A stretch of 64,000 nt of DNA from Thermoplasmatota archaeon (GTDB taxonomy: Archaea > Thermoplasmatota > Penumbrarchaeia > Penumbrarchaeales > Penumbrarchaeaceae). The stretch covers positions 63,293 through 127,292 of the forward strand of contig CBDDUX010000007.1 in NCBI GenBank assembly GCA_965234725.1. The letters are read 5' to 3'. The notes below the pieces were generated by a model. It saw nothing but the letters and a program-made list of their open reading frames with translations. It made no database searches and was not told the origin of the DNA. The position numbers and the translations under genes were made by a program. Positions 10,382-20,806 of the stretch are shown piece by piece. Position 1 is the stretch's first letter; the number at the start of each line of letters is the position of its first letter.

Positions 10382-11077
10382 TTGAAGAAGATAGTGATAT
10401 CCCTGGGTGGGTCCATTCTCATTAAAGGAGACAATGACCCTGCCTATCTAGGTTCTCTAAGGGAACTTCTGTTATCCTTCCCGGATGATCATAGATTCAT
10501 CATTATTACCGGCGGAGGAAGGACTGCAAGGGAATACATAGACATTGGAAGGTCCCTTGGATCGGACGAAGCGACCCTGGACTGGATCGGAATAGGTGCA
10601 ACAAGGTTGAATGCTTGGCTTATGGTAGCGTGCTTGGGTCCAACCTGCAATCCTAAACCTGTTGAAACAATTGAAGAGGCCCTTTCCGCTTCCGTTTCAA
10701 ACAGATTCGTTATAGGAGGGGGGACTCACCCGGGACATACTACGGATACAGTTGCTGCTTTGATAGCAGAAAGATGGGAAGCTGATCATTTCATCAATCT
10801 TACGGCAGTAAACGGTGCATATACAGAGGACCCGAACAAGGTATCAAATGCCACAAGGATCGATTCCATGACATCAGAGGAGCTTACCAAATTGGTGTCC
10901 GGAACTTTTACTGGAGCAGGATCACATTCCGTGATGGATCCCCTTGCTTCAAGGGTGATACATCGTGCCGGACTTAAAACATCGATATTGAATGGAAGGG
11001 ACCTTGAAGCATTGAACGATTGTCTTAATGCAAAATCATTTGACGGAACGGTCATTGAACCTTCAAAGAAGAGGTGA
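10382..11077 (+). CDS. pyrH: UMP kinase
   Basis: VISLGGS, TGGGRTAREYI, DWIGIGATRLNA, GGTHPGHTTD. Confidence 0.96.
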   Translation: MKKIVISLGGSILIKGDNDPAYLGSLRELLLSFPDDHRFIIITGGGRTAREYIDIGRSLGSDEATLDWIGIGATRLNAWLMVACLGPTCNPKPVETIEEALSASVSNRFVIGGGTHPGHTTDTVAALIAERWEADHFINLTAVNGAYTEDPNKVSNATRIDSMTSEELTKLVSGTFTGAGSHSVMDPLASRVIHRAGLKTSILNGRDLEALNDCLNAKSFDGTVIEPSKKR

Positions 11078-11080
11078 CAG

Positions 11081-11368
11081 ATGATGTCAACATCCAAAGG
11101 ACCCAGGAAGAGCACCAAAAGGAAACGGCCTCTTGACGACAGGGAACATGATCTGGAAAAGACCGATGTTAAGGATACAGTGGATGTCCAGTTCCATAAG
11201 CACTGTGTCAACTGTGGGGTCTCGATCTCACCTGACAGAGAGACTTGTTCCCCCAAATGCCAGAACGAATGGGATCGGATGGTGAAAAAGAAGAAGTTCT
11301 GGAACTATCTGCCTTTCCTTGGAGCTGCATTCCTTCTGGTCCTATACCTTATCCTGAGCATGGCTTGA
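11081..11368 (+). CDS. Zn-ribbon membrane protein (DUF2116-like)
   Basis: HKHCVNCGVSI...CSPKC followed by a C-terminal TM helix; usual neighbour of archaeal pyrH. Confidence 0.8.
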   Translation: MMSTSKGPRKSTKRKRPLDDREHDLEKTDVKDTVDVQFHKHCVNCGVSISPDRETCSPKCQNEWDRMVKKKKFWNYLPFLGAAFLLVLYLILSMA

Positions 11369-11382
11369 AAGGAAGTAGGAAA

Positions 11383-12411
11383 ATGGATGAGGGACCTGTT
11401 TCCAACATATGCATAGGAGGGACCTTCTCCCCATTGCATAAAGGTCATATAATACTGCTAAGAGAAGCTTTCAAAAGAGGAAAGAAGGTTTCTATCGGAC
11501 TGACCTCTGATAAAATGGCGAGGAGATCGAGGGAAAGGGAGGTCCTTCCATACAATATCAGGTTGAAGGACCTGAAGAAGGTCCTTGAGGAACTTTCAAT
11601 GGAATATGGGATCGAGTTCTCCATCAGAGAGATCAATGACAGGCTGGGGTTCGCTGTCAATGAGGGCATGGATTCCATTGTTGTTTCCAAGGAGACAGAG
11701 CAAACAGTGGATGATATTGATATTGAAAGGAACAGAAGAGGTTTGAAACCTCTGAGAAGGTTCGTCATTGATATGGTCCTCGATGAGAAAGGTAATAAGA
11801 TATCCTCCACCCGAGTGGCAACCGGTGAGATCGACATAAGGGGGAGGTCTATCTCTGATGTGAAAGACGCAGGTTCCGCAAATAAGGTCTGCATACACCT
11901 GGGTTCTAAGAATCCTGACAAGGTAAGGGGTGCAGTGAGAGCATTCAGAAGATACTGGCCTGAGGTTCAGATATTCCAATATAACGTGGGAGATGGGGAT
12001 GGGAATCCGCTTCATGACGGACCAATTGAAGGGGCAAGGGTGAGGACCGAGGAGGTAAGAAGGAGGATCGACTCCCAAGCGGTCAGGATCTCGGATCATC
12101 TGGTAGGAATAGAATCGGGACTCATCGAGACGAACGGAACCTGGTTCATGGTCCACTGCTGCCATATCTCTTATAAAAGAGGAAAAGGTACCGGACTCAG
12201 TTCTGGCCTGGAGATACCACCCAGGATACTGGAACGGATCATGGCCTACAGGGGGAGTTCCTGGGAGACAAGGAATATAATGGGAATGAGAACATCCTTC
12301 ATTGAAAACCTAAGTGGTGGTTCAGTGTCAAGGGATGAACTCATTGAACAGGCCTGCCAGATGGCACTCCTATCTCTCTTTAACTCATTGAAGGAGGAGG
12401 ATCAGTCATGA
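11383..12411 (+). CDS. coaD: Phosphopantetheine adenylyltransferase fused to a YjjX-type inosine/xanthosine triphosphatase domain
   Basis: IGGTFSPLHKGH, IGLTSD, IVVSKET, KISSTRV; second domain GSKNPDKV...VGIESG. Start reassigned to ATG 11383. Confidence 0.88.
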   Translation: MDEGPVSNICIGGTFSPLHKGHIILLREAFKRGKKVSIGLTSDKMARRSREREVLPYNIRLKDLKKVLEELSMEYGIEFSIREINDRLGFAVNEGMDSIVVSKETEQTVDDIDIERNRRGLKPLRRFVIDMVLDEKGNKISSTRVATGEIDIRGRSISDVKDAGSANKVCIHLGSKNPDKVRGAVRAFRRYWPEVQIFQYNVGDGDGNPLHDGPIEGARVRTEEVRRRIDSQAVRISDHLVGIESGLIETNGTWFMVHCCHISYKRGKGTGLSSGLEIPPRILERIMAYRGSSWETRNIMGMRTSFIENLSGGSVSRDELIEQACQMALLSLFNSLKEEDQS

Positions 12412-13391
12412 CATCCTTCCTACCATCCACTCCCCAGGGATCGATACTTCTGATATGCATTGCGATACTCTTTGGTCTCTCGATCTACCTTCCGTGGAAG
12501 GGAAAGGGTTCGGCAACTGCAGTTATCTCAACATCGGTGATCATAGTCTTCGTGATACAGCTGATCTTCACTTCCAAGATGATATATGATCTGCCGTTCA
12601 TGAGCGGAATGGAAGAGATCACATCCTCGGAATTATACCGGGAGCTTGGATTCTATCCACGATCCATTGTTGATGACCAGACCATCTACCAGTTCATAAC
12701 CTCCACTTACCTTCATGCGAACTTCCTCCATCTGATCTTCAATTTTATCGGACTTTTCCTTCTTGGGACCCAGCTTGAAAGGAAGATCGGTTGGTACAGG
12801 TTCCTGATCCTCTATTTTGGTTCGGGAGTGGTCGCTGGGGCAATCGTTCTGATGATCTCACCCTTCGATGCTGTAGGGCACTCGATGAATGTCCCTTCGA
12901 TAGGGGCATCCGGTTGTATATTCGGCATTCTTGGAGGTTACTGGTTCCTCTATCCCAGGGACAAGGTGTTCTTTCCATTACCGTTGTTCTTTATCAGAAT
13001 GACAAATCAATGGCCCATTTCACTCATCTTCATGATATATGGTGGCATCACAGCGTTCTTCCTGCTTATCGGGACCAATGATAATACCAGCCATATTGCT
13101 CATTTCGGCGGTCTTGTGGGTGCTTTTCCCATTGCAGCTTTGATCAGACCCCCTGACAAGGAAGAGAAGATCAAGAAGCTCAAGACAGAGGACCTGACGG
13201 CCTTTGCAAAGACGAAGAGACAGAAGCAATTTCTGAAGAAGGCAATGGAAGCGGATGAGGAGGATGTAAGGAATGCATGGTTGGATGAATTCTTTCAGTC
13301 CATTATCTGTCCCAAATGCTCATCCTCGAACATGGCCTTCGAGAACGGAAAGGCCCATTGTCCCAGATGCGGGCATACTATCAGACCTTAA
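12408..13391 (+). CDS. Rhomboid intramembrane serine protease with C-terminal Zn ribbon
   Basis: YLHANFLHLIFN, GASG (Ser), AHFGG (His), multiple TM segments, CPKC...CPRC. Confidence 0.92.
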   Translation: MTSFLPSTPQGSILLICIAILFGLSIYLPWKGKGSATAVISTSVIIVFVIQLIFTSKMIYDLPFMSGMEEITSSELYRELGFYPRSIVDDQTIYQFITSTYLHANFLHLIFNFIGLFLLGTQLERKIGWYRFLILYFGSGVVAGAIVLMISPFDAVGHSMNVPSIGASGCIFGILGGYWFLYPRDKVFFPLPLFFIRMTNQWPISLIFMIYGGITAFFLLIGTNDNTSHIAHFGGLVGAFPIAALIRPPDKEEKIKKLKTEDLTAFAKTKRQKQFLKKAMEADEEDVRNAWLDEFFQSIICPKCSSSNMAFENGKAHCPRCGHTIRP

Positions 13392-13504
13392 TGGATGCCT
13401 GGACCGTGAATTTTTCCTAAAATTCTGGATTTCATACATGTATAATATTAGACATAACCTAAAATATTATTAATAGCCTAGTAGAAAAAAAGGGGGATCA
13501 TTAA

Positions 13505-14119
13505 ATGGAACCAAGAATAGAATGGCTCGGACATGCATCATTCAGGATTCATACTTCTAAAGGGATCATCTATTTGGATCCCTGGAAGACATCAGGTGCT
13601 CCAAAAGCAGACCTGATCCTAATAACTCATACTCACATGGACCATCTCAGTGAAGATGATATTTCCAAACTTAAGAAGGACAGTACCATCATCATTGGCT
13701 CCAAGGATGTACCAAAGACCGTTACCAGAGCAATATCTGTTGTGCCGGGTAACATCAAGAATATAGGGGCTATCACCGTAGAAGCTGTGAGGGCTTACAA
13801 TCCGAAAAAGGAGTTCCATCCGAAGGAGAACGATTGGCTTGGATTCATCATAGAGGTGGACGGGACCAGGATCTACCATACCGGGGATACCGATATCATT
13901 CCGGAAATGAAGGATTTAAAGGATATTGATGTGGTACTCATTCCCGTTGGTGGAACCTACACAATGACCCCGGAGGAGGCCTCAAAGGCGGTGGGCATTT
14001 TCAATCCCAAGAAAGCTATTCCAATGCACTGGGGAGATATCATTGGTGGCAAGGATGATGCCATCAAGTTCAAAGAGTTGGCATCCTGCAAGGTTGAAAT
14101 TCTTGAACCGGTGAAATGA
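13505..14119 (+). CDS. MBL-fold metallo-hydrolase
   Basis: WLGHASF, THTHMDH, YHTGDT, IPMHW. Confidence 0.92.
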   Translation: MEPRIEWLGHASFRIHTSKGIIYLDPWKTSGAPKADLILITHTHMDHLSEDDISKLKKDSTIIIGSKDVPKTVTRAISVVPGNIKNIGAITVEAVRAYNPKKEFHPKENDWLGFIIEVDGTRIYHTGDTDIIPEMKDLKDIDVVLIPVGGTYTMTPEEASKAVGIFNPKKAIPMHWGDIIGGKDDAIKFKELASCKVEILEPVK

Positions 14120-14120
14120 T

Positions 14121-15263
14121 CTATTTCACAACCCCATTGATCTTCATGGGATCTGATACTATTCCTCCATTATAGAGTGGGGAATGGAAGGAGAGAGGCG
14201 GGCCATCCACACAGTTGGGAAGTGAGAATATCTTGATCTCCGGCTCACCTTCAAGAAAACCATGGTCCATGATCGCATTTCTCATGTTCATCTGGGCCCT
14301 TGAGCCCTCGGAAAGGTTCTTGAATATACCCAATCCAACAACCTCTGTGTGATCGAAAGCTATTATCATGAGATTGTTGGGCATCTGGTCTTCGTAAAGT
14401 CGAAAAAGCTCCCTTGGGTCCAGACCCGGTTTGAATCTCATATGTGTAAAGATCAGAACCTCATATCCCATCCCCACCACATTGGTTCCATAGAATGGTT
14501 TGATATATCCTATCTCTAGCAGCCGGTCCTTTGTCTTTCTGAACCTGTACCTGCTGATACCCATCTCCTTTATCAGGTCGGTCTCCTTGAATTCTGGTCG
14601 TCTAACGATTTCCTTTAGAACTCTAAATGATCCTTCATCCAGTATATCCTCTTCAGGTCCATCCGCCATATCGAAAAAATCGGACCAATCTCGAAAAGCT
14701 GCAAATTGTCCAGGAGTCTCAGCATCAAGTTTCGGGATATCACAAGCTCCCACCCGCTCCTCAAGGAGTCCCTGAACATCGAAGAACCGCTCGATCTTGA
14801 GATCCTTAAGCGAAAAGAGAGAATGATGGATGGACCGGACCGGGATATCCATTGAATCCATGAGGTTGCCCTTTAACCTCATCATCCTCTTGAGGTTGGT
14901 GAAATCACTCAGGATATGGAATGAAACTCCGTTGTTGCCTTCCAGTATGCTGAAGATAGGAATGCTGAGGGCCCCATCATCGGATACCATTTCAATGTTC
15001 TCAACCCCTCGATCCCGGTTGAAGGAGTCCATTGAACTGCCATGACTGACAACCAATATTTCCAGACCAAGCCTTCCGTAGTTTGGAACGTAGTATTTCG
15101 AGAGAAACCTCCGTTTTATCAGGGAGTTCTTTACCTTGTTGAATGTGAACAGGTTCATTCCTATTGCCTTTGATATTTCCGTATCCGAATGCTCCGGATT
15201 GCGCATGAGGGCAAGTATGACGATGCTTTCATTCTGGGTCAATTGCTCAATTGACATTGACAT
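14121..15263 (-). CDS. Transcriptional regulator with two tandem winged-helix/Lrp-AsnC-like units
   Basis: Internal duplication: LMRNPEHSDTEISKAIGM...PNYGRLGLEILV versus IVRRPEFKETDLIKEMGI...TNVVGMGYEVLI. Confidence 0.7.
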   Translation of the reverse strand: MSMSIEQLTQNESIVILALMRNPEHSDTEISKAIGMNLFTFNKVKNSLIKRRFLSKYYVPNYGRLGLEILVVSHGSSMDSFNRDRGVENIEMVSDDGALSIPIFSILEGNNGVSFHILSDFTNLKRMMRLKGNLMDSMDIPVRSIHHSLFSLKDLKIERFFDVQGLLEERVGACDIPKLDAETPGQFAAFRDWSDFFDMADGPEEDILDEGSFRVLKEIVRRPEFKETDLIKEMGISRYRFRKTKDRLLEIGYIKPFYGTNVVGMGYEVLIFTHMRFKPGLDPRELFRLYEDQMPNNLMIIAFDHTEVVGLGIFKNLSEGSRAQMNMRNAIMDHGFLEGEPEIKIFSLPNCVDGPPLSFHSPLYNGGIVSDPMKINGVVK

Positions 15264-15424
15264 GCATATTGTTCAGAAGGTTTTTTACTTTTTTGTATTG
15301 ATTTGATGTTCAATATTCTATAAAGTTCAAAAATATCTCTAAATTTTTAATATTCTTGTTCTATCCTTTGAAAAAATAGCCATAAACAATAAATATCCCC
15401 CGGTTTTAGCCGGGGCAAGGTGAT

Positions 15425-18400
15425 ATGATGTTCACGGAAAGGGTCGGCCAACTTACAAATAAATATCCCTGGCTTTGCATCCTTGCAATTCTTCTGATAA
15501 CTGCGGGGGCTACAGCCTCCATGGTGATATTCCCGATGGAAACATCATTCAGCAACGAGGACTTCCTTCCTGACATCGATGTTGCAAAGGCAAACTCCCT
15601 TTACTCGGAAACATTCACCTCTTCATATTCATTCATAGTACTTATTAGAGGTTACAACGGAGATCTGGTGACTCCCGAAGGATTCGGGGACATGGCGGAA
15701 CTCTCAAACCTATTCGAGAACGATGGAACATACCTACAGTGGAAAGATGAAGGATCAGCCGGCCCCATGTCCGCTGCTTCTGCGATGTTCGACCTCAGAA
15801 ATGGGGCCGATCATGCTGACAACATGAAGATGACAGCATCCATGGTCTCTTCTTATCTTGAGACCACTGATTCGCTTGCAAATTCTTCCCTTTCCTTTTC
15901 CGAAGACCTTTCCAACCTTTCAGAAGGGGAGGATCCAACAACCCTGGTTTCCTCTTTTTCATTGGACATCCAGGAAATGATGGACGAGGTCGATATACCT
16001 TCATTGAACACGACCACACCGGAAACCGCAATGGAATACTACTCCTCATTCAATGATACTGAAGGATTCAAGTTAGAATTGGCAGATCTTCTTTCCTACG
16101 ACATCTCAGGACCCGATGTCCAATCGGCAGCAGGAGACCTGAACGTCTTTACGGAAAATGCCCAAAGGACCATTGATGCTCTTTCAGAGGCAAGAGATGG
16201 GATCGATGAATACATCGATATGATGGAACTTACACCCGATCAGAACTCCTCCCTCAGGACCCTCCAGAGCAGGATCGATGATGCATTGGAAAGACTTGAA
16301 GGGACCTCCGAGATATCCCAGTCCCTTGGAAATCCTCTGGTGTTCGGACAGGTGGCACGGACATTCAGTATAGGCCAGTTCTTCCTCCTGAATTTCCTCA
16401 CAGAGGATTTCGACCCTTCGGTCAACAGTCTCTCCGCAAAGGGAGGAATGGTCCTTGTCGACCTTAACTATACTTTGGGAGATATGGAAGAAAATGGAGA
16501 ATTGAACAAGCTCCTTGAAATTGAGGGGAACCTGTCAAATGTCGTAAAGGGGATGGATGACAGGTCAGATCAGTCGATGCATCCAATGGCATTTGCAAAG
16601 ATCAACGAGAAGATCACCCAGGCAAGCAATGATTCCATGCAGATACTTCTTCCTCTGGCCATGATATTCGTTCTTGTGATACTCTTCTTCATTTACAGGT
16701 CAGTGATCGACATCGTTCTCAATATCATTGCACTGGTAATGGCCATCATCTGGATGTACGGTTTCGGTTCTCTCATGGGATATTCATCCAACCCCATGAT
16801 AACTGCAGTGCCGGTCCTTCTGGTCGGATTGGGGATAGACTACGGTATCCATTTGACAATGAGATACCGAGAAGAGATCAGAAAAGGCCTTACCGTGAGG
16901 GAGGCCCTGAAAGAGATGTCATCCTCTGTAGGAATGGCGCTCCTTCTGGCAACTTTCACAACAGTATTCGCTTTCCTTTCAAATCTATCTTCTCCAGTGG
17001 GTCTTGTACTCCAATTCGGGGTAATGTCAGCAGTTGGCATCTTCGCCAGTTTCGTTATCATGATGGTCTTCCTTCCTGCCACCAAGAGACTGATAGATGT
17101 TTGGAAGGCTGATAGGAATAAGGTCCTTTTTAGAGGTATCAGAGAAGGTGAATGCGATCTTTGTGAAAGAGAAAAGGTGAACAAGAGGCTATCGAACAGG
17201 GTGATCCTCGCCCTCAGCATAAGGGCCGAGAAACATCCCATCGTCATCCTTGTCTCAGCAGTGATCCTGACATCTGTAATGTTAGGATTTGCGGTCCAGA
17301 GTGAGGTCACTTTCAGTGTCAACGACTTCCTTCCTGACGGATTGCAGGAATCCGAGGATATCGGTTACCTCATCAGCCAGTTCAGACTGGGTGGAAGCGG
17401 AGATACAGGGATAGTCATCGTTGAAGGGGATATCTCGGACCCGAAGGTCCTCCTGGCAATGGAAGGTACCATGAAAAATGCCGTTGACCTGGATTCCAGA
17501 TTCCTGACATACGAAGGTACTGGAAGTTCTTTACGACCCAAGGCTGATTTCATCCTCTATTCCCTGAAAGATACGGCAAATGCACTGGGAGCACTGGATC
17601 CAGACGATCGGTTCCTTGCGGATTATTCGGATACATTCGATCTGGAGACGGGCCTCCCTCTGGAGGATTCCACGAAAGGGGACATAGAAAAAGTGCTTGT
17701 TGGTTTTTATGAGGATTATCCCTCCCTCGCAAGGAGGATGATCCATGTCCAGGACGGAAAGGTCGACATGGCCGTGATATCCTTTGTTGTGGGGACCGAG
17801 AACGACGACCAGGCCTGGAAGCTGTTCGATGAGCTCAAGGATATCGTGGGGCCACTCAAGGACCTTGAGGGCAATGGTGTGGAGAAGGTCTCGATAACCG
17901 GATCCACGATCCTGATGGCCGTCATCATTCAAGCCATAAACAACTCTCAGATCAGGTCCCTTATACTGACCATCGTTGTCTCCTTTGTAGCCCTTACAAT
18001 AGCCTTCTTCATCGAGGAGAAGTCCCTCTTCCTCGGAGCAGTGGCGACCCTCCCTGTCGTCTTCTGTGTTATCTGGATAGCAGGGACGATGTATGTGACA
18101 GGGATCCCTCTCAACGTTATGACCATCACTATCGGGGCCTTGACCGTAGGATTGGGAATAACTTACGGCATCCATATAACTCACAGGTTCATTGAGGACG
18201 AGAGGAACGAGAGCGATCTTCTTGAAGCTTCCAAAAAGACAATAGTGAACACAGGGTCGGCCCTCTTCGGAGCGGCGTTGACGACAGTTGGAGGTTTCGG
18301 ACTTCTATCCTTTGCAACAATGCCGCCCCTTCAACAGTTCGGCCAGGTGACAGCCCTTGCAATACTCTATTCCTTCGTATCATCGATAATAATCCTCCCT

Positions 18401-18478
18401 GTCCTTTTGATATTATGGGCAAAGAGCAGAAGGAAATGGAGAGCCCGCAAGGCCAGATCGACAGGTGGAATCTCTTAA
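15425..18478 (+). CDS. RND/MMPL-family transporter
   Basis: Two 1+5 TM halves with large external loops; GLGIDYGIH and GLGITYGIH motifs. Confidence 0.92.
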   Translation: MMFTERVGQLTNKYPWLCILAILLITAGATASMVIFPMETSFSNEDFLPDIDVAKANSLYSETFTSSYSFIVLIRGYNGDLVTPEGFGDMAELSNLFENDGTYLQWKDEGSAGPMSAASAMFDLRNGADHADNMKMTASMVSSYLETTDSLANSSLSFSEDLSNLSEGEDPTTLVSSFSLDIQEMMDEVDIPSLNTTTPETAMEYYSSFNDTEGFKLELADLLSYDISGPDVQSAAGDLNVFTENAQRTIDALSEARDGIDEYIDMMELTPDQNSSLRTLQSRIDDALERLEGTSEISQSLGNPLVFGQVARTFSIGQFFLLNFLTEDFDPSVNSLSAKGGMVLVDLNYTLGDMEENGELNKLLEIEGNLSNVVKGMDDRSDQSMHPMAFAKINEKITQASNDSMQILLPLAMIFVLVILFFIYRSVIDIVLNIIALVMAIIWMYGFGSLMGYSSNPMITAVPVLLVGLGIDYGIHLTMRYREEIRKGLTVREALKEMSSSVGMALLLATFTTVFAFLSNLSSPVGLVLQFGVMSAVGIFASFVIMMVFLPATKRLIDVWKADRNKVLFRGIREGECDLCEREKVNKRLSNRVILALSIRAEKHPIVILVSAVILTSVMLGFAVQSEVTFSVNDFLPDGLQESEDIGYLISQFRLGGSGDTGIVIVEGDISDPKVLLAMEGTMKNAVDLDSRFLTYEGTGSSLRPKADFILYSLKDTANALGALDPDDRFLADYSDTFDLETGLPLEDSTKGDIEKVLVGFYEDYPSLARRMIHVQDGKVDMAVISFVVGTENDDQAWKLFDELKDIVGPLKDLEGNGVEKVSITGSTILMAVIIQAINNSQIRSLILTIVVSFVALTIAFFIEEKSLFLGAVATLPVVFCVIWIAGTMYVTGIPLNVMTITIGALTVGLGITYGIHITHRFIEDERNESDLLEASKKTIVNTGSALFGAALTTVGGFGLLSFATMPPLQQFGQVTALAILYSFVSSIIILPVLLILWAKSRRKWRARKARSTGGIS

Positions 18479-18505
18479 ATATCGAAGCGGCCTAACTTTG
18501 ACCCG

Positions 18506-20224
18506 ATGAAGGTCCTAGGGATAGAATCCACAGCTCATACCTTCGGTGCAGGTGTTGTGGAGGACGGAAAGGTCCTCTCCAACGTGAGGGATATGTATGT
18601 TCCCATGGAGGGAGGTATCCACCCCAGGGAAGCCGCGGACCATCATGTGGAAAAAGGCACCTCTGTGGTCCGGATGGCGCTAATGGAGGCAAACGTCAAT
18701 GAGAGCGAACTGGACCTGATATCGTTCTCCAGAGGGCCTGGCTTAGGGCCTTGCCTGAGGGTTGGTGCGACCATAGCCAGGGTACTATCCATCAAGAATG
18801 GGATCCCCATCGTTGGTGTCAACCACTGCGTTGCACATCTTGAGATAGGAAGATCCCTTGGAGCAAAGGACCCGGTGCTCCTTTATGCATCAGGGGGAAA
18901 CACCCAGATAATTGCGCATGTCAAGGGAAGATACCGGGTCCTTGGTGAGACCCTCGATATTGGTATCGGAAACATGCTTGACAAGATCGGAAGGGAGCTT
19001 GGGATACCCTTCCCCGCTGGACCGAAGATCGAGAAACTTGCTCGCGGAGAGACGGTCCCGGGTGTTTGGGATAAGGAGGATACTGAGGTAAAGTTCATAG
19101 AACTGCCTTATTCGGTGAAGGGTATGGATGTCTCCTTCTCAGGTGTGATGACAGCTGCCCTTTCTCTGAGGGATAAAGGTGTGGACATCCCATCCATTTG
19201 CCACTCCATCCAGGAGACATGCTTCTCCATGCTATGCGAGGTTTCGGAAAGGGCCATGGCACATCTCGGTTCTGACGAACTGCTCTTGGGAGGCGGAGTC
19301 GTTTGTAATTCCAGGCTGCAGGAAATGGCAGGGATAATGGCCAGAGAAAGAGGGGGCAGAAGCTTCGCACCTCCAATGGACCTTGCAGTTGATAATGGAG
19401 CCATGATAGCTTATCTCGGGGAGACAATGCACAGAGCGGGCATCTCCCATTCACTTGAAGAAACGGTCATTGACCAGAGGTTCAGAACGGATCAGGTAGA
19501 TGTCATCTGGAAAGATGACAAGGTCCTTACTCGGATCACGACCCCGGGGACCGTTGACCTCGATCTTGGAGAGGTCCCACCGGATGGAACCATCCTTGGA
19601 AAGGGGGCTGAGGCCGTGATCACCTCAATGGATTTTGGCGGGATACCTTCTGTCGAGAAGAAGAGGAAGCCAAAAGGATACAGGATCCCCGAATTGGACA
19701 GTCTCCTGACCTCCAGAAGGACCAGAAAGGAGGCAAAGATGTTGATGTCAATGAGGGATATCGGGATCAGGACCCCTTATCTTCTGGATATCGATCCTGA
19801 GGCTGGCCGCCTCGTCCTCGAGATGATCAGGGGACCAAGGCTTGCCTCATGCCTGAACGTCCTGTCACCTGTCCAACAGGGATCCGCGATGAGGAAAATG
19901 GGTGAGATCCTGGGCAGACTGCATGGAGCAGGTTACGTCCATGGTGATATGACAACATCCAATTTCCTGATCTCATCAATGGTCGAAGACAATATCGACC
20001 TCTGCCTCATCGACACATCATTATCCGACAGGACAGAAGAATTGGAGAGAAAGGGAGTTGACATCAGGTTGTTCACAGAGGTCTTCTCATCGACCCATCC
20101 ACAACTGATGGACATAGAGGATCTCTTCTTGGAAGGATATATCAAGTCCAATCCAGGATCTCATGAGGTTCTGAAGAAGGTAGAGGAGATCAATTCCAGA
20201 GGCAGATACATGTCACAGGTTTGA
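18506..20224 (+). CDS. kae1: Bifunctional Kae1-Bud32 (t6A threonylcarbamoyltransferase / KEOPS kinase)
   Basis: LGIESTAHT, GPGLGPCL, VNHCVAHLE, DNGAMIA, QRFRTD; kinase half KGAEA, HGDMTTSN, RGRY. Confidence 0.96.
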   Translation: MKVLGIESTAHTFGAGVVEDGKVLSNVRDMYVPMEGGIHPREAADHHVEKGTSVVRMALMEANVNESELDLISFSRGPGLGPCLRVGATIARVLSIKNGIPIVGVNHCVAHLEIGRSLGAKDPVLLYASGGNTQIIAHVKGRYRVLGETLDIGIGNMLDKIGRELGIPFPAGPKIEKLARGETVPGVWDKEDTEVKFIELPYSVKGMDVSFSGVMTAALSLRDKGVDIPSICHSIQETCFSMLCEVSERAMAHLGSDELLLGGGVVCNSRLQEMAGIMARERGGRSFAPPMDLAVDNGAMIAYLGETMHRAGISHSLEETVIDQRFRTDQVDVIWKDDKVLTRITTPGTVDLDLGEVPPDGTILGKGAEAVITSMDFGGIPSVEKKRKPKGYRIPELDSLLTSRRTRKEAKMLMSMRDIGIRTPYLLDIDPEAGRLVLEMIRGPRLASCLNVLSPVQQGSAMRKMGEILGRLHGAGYVHGDMTTSNFLISSMVEDNIDLCLIDTSLSDRTEELERKGVDIRLFTEVFSSTHPQLMDIEDLFLEGYIKSNPGSHEVLKKVEEINSRGRYMSQV

Positions 20225-20245
20225 AAATCACAGGAGTGAAGGGAA

Positions 20246-20806
20246 ATGAAGATATCATTCATAACGGGAAATACAGGAAAGATCAGGGAAATTTCCCGCT
20301 TTCTTTCGGGCTTGGACATAGAAATGATCATGGAAGAGGGACCGTTCATAGAGATACAGGCTGACTCTCTGGAAGAGGTCGTAACGACCGGTATGGAGCT
20401 ACTTACGAAGGACAGGAAGTTTGATGGACCACTGATAAAAGAGGACAGCGGATTGTTCATTTCCTCCCTGAATGGTTTTCCCGGTGTCTATTCGGCATAT
20501 GTACAGAAAACCATTGGCAATAAGGGGATCCTCTCCTTGATGAAGGATGAAAGAAAGAGGGATGCCGTATTCAGAACGGTCATAGGGCTCATGATACCCG
20601 GAGAAGGACTTTCACTTTTCAGAGGAGAATGCAAGGGAACCATTGCATTTGAGGAGAGGGGGAGACAGGGTTTCGGTTATGATCCCATATTCATTCCTCA
20701 AGGAGAAGAGCTGACATTTGCAGAGATGAGTTTGGATGAAAAGAACGGGATAAGCCACAGGACAATGGCCGTTCAAAGAATGGTGGAGTTCCTGAAGAAG
20801 AGGTGA
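20246..20806 (+). CDS. rdgB: RdgB/HAM1-family non-canonical purine NTP pyrophosphatase
   Basis: TGNTGK, EDSGL, FPGVYS, GFGYDPIF, KNGISHR. Confidence 0.95.
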   Translation: MKISFITGNTGKIREISRFLSGLDIEMIMEEGPFIEIQADSLEEVVTTGMELLTKDRKFDGPLIKEDSGLFISSLNGFPGVYSAYVQKTIGNKGILSLMKDERKRDAVFRTVIGLMIPGEGLSLFRGECKGTIAFEERGRQGFGYDPIFIPQGEELTFAEMSLDEKNGISHRTMAVQRMVEFLKKR

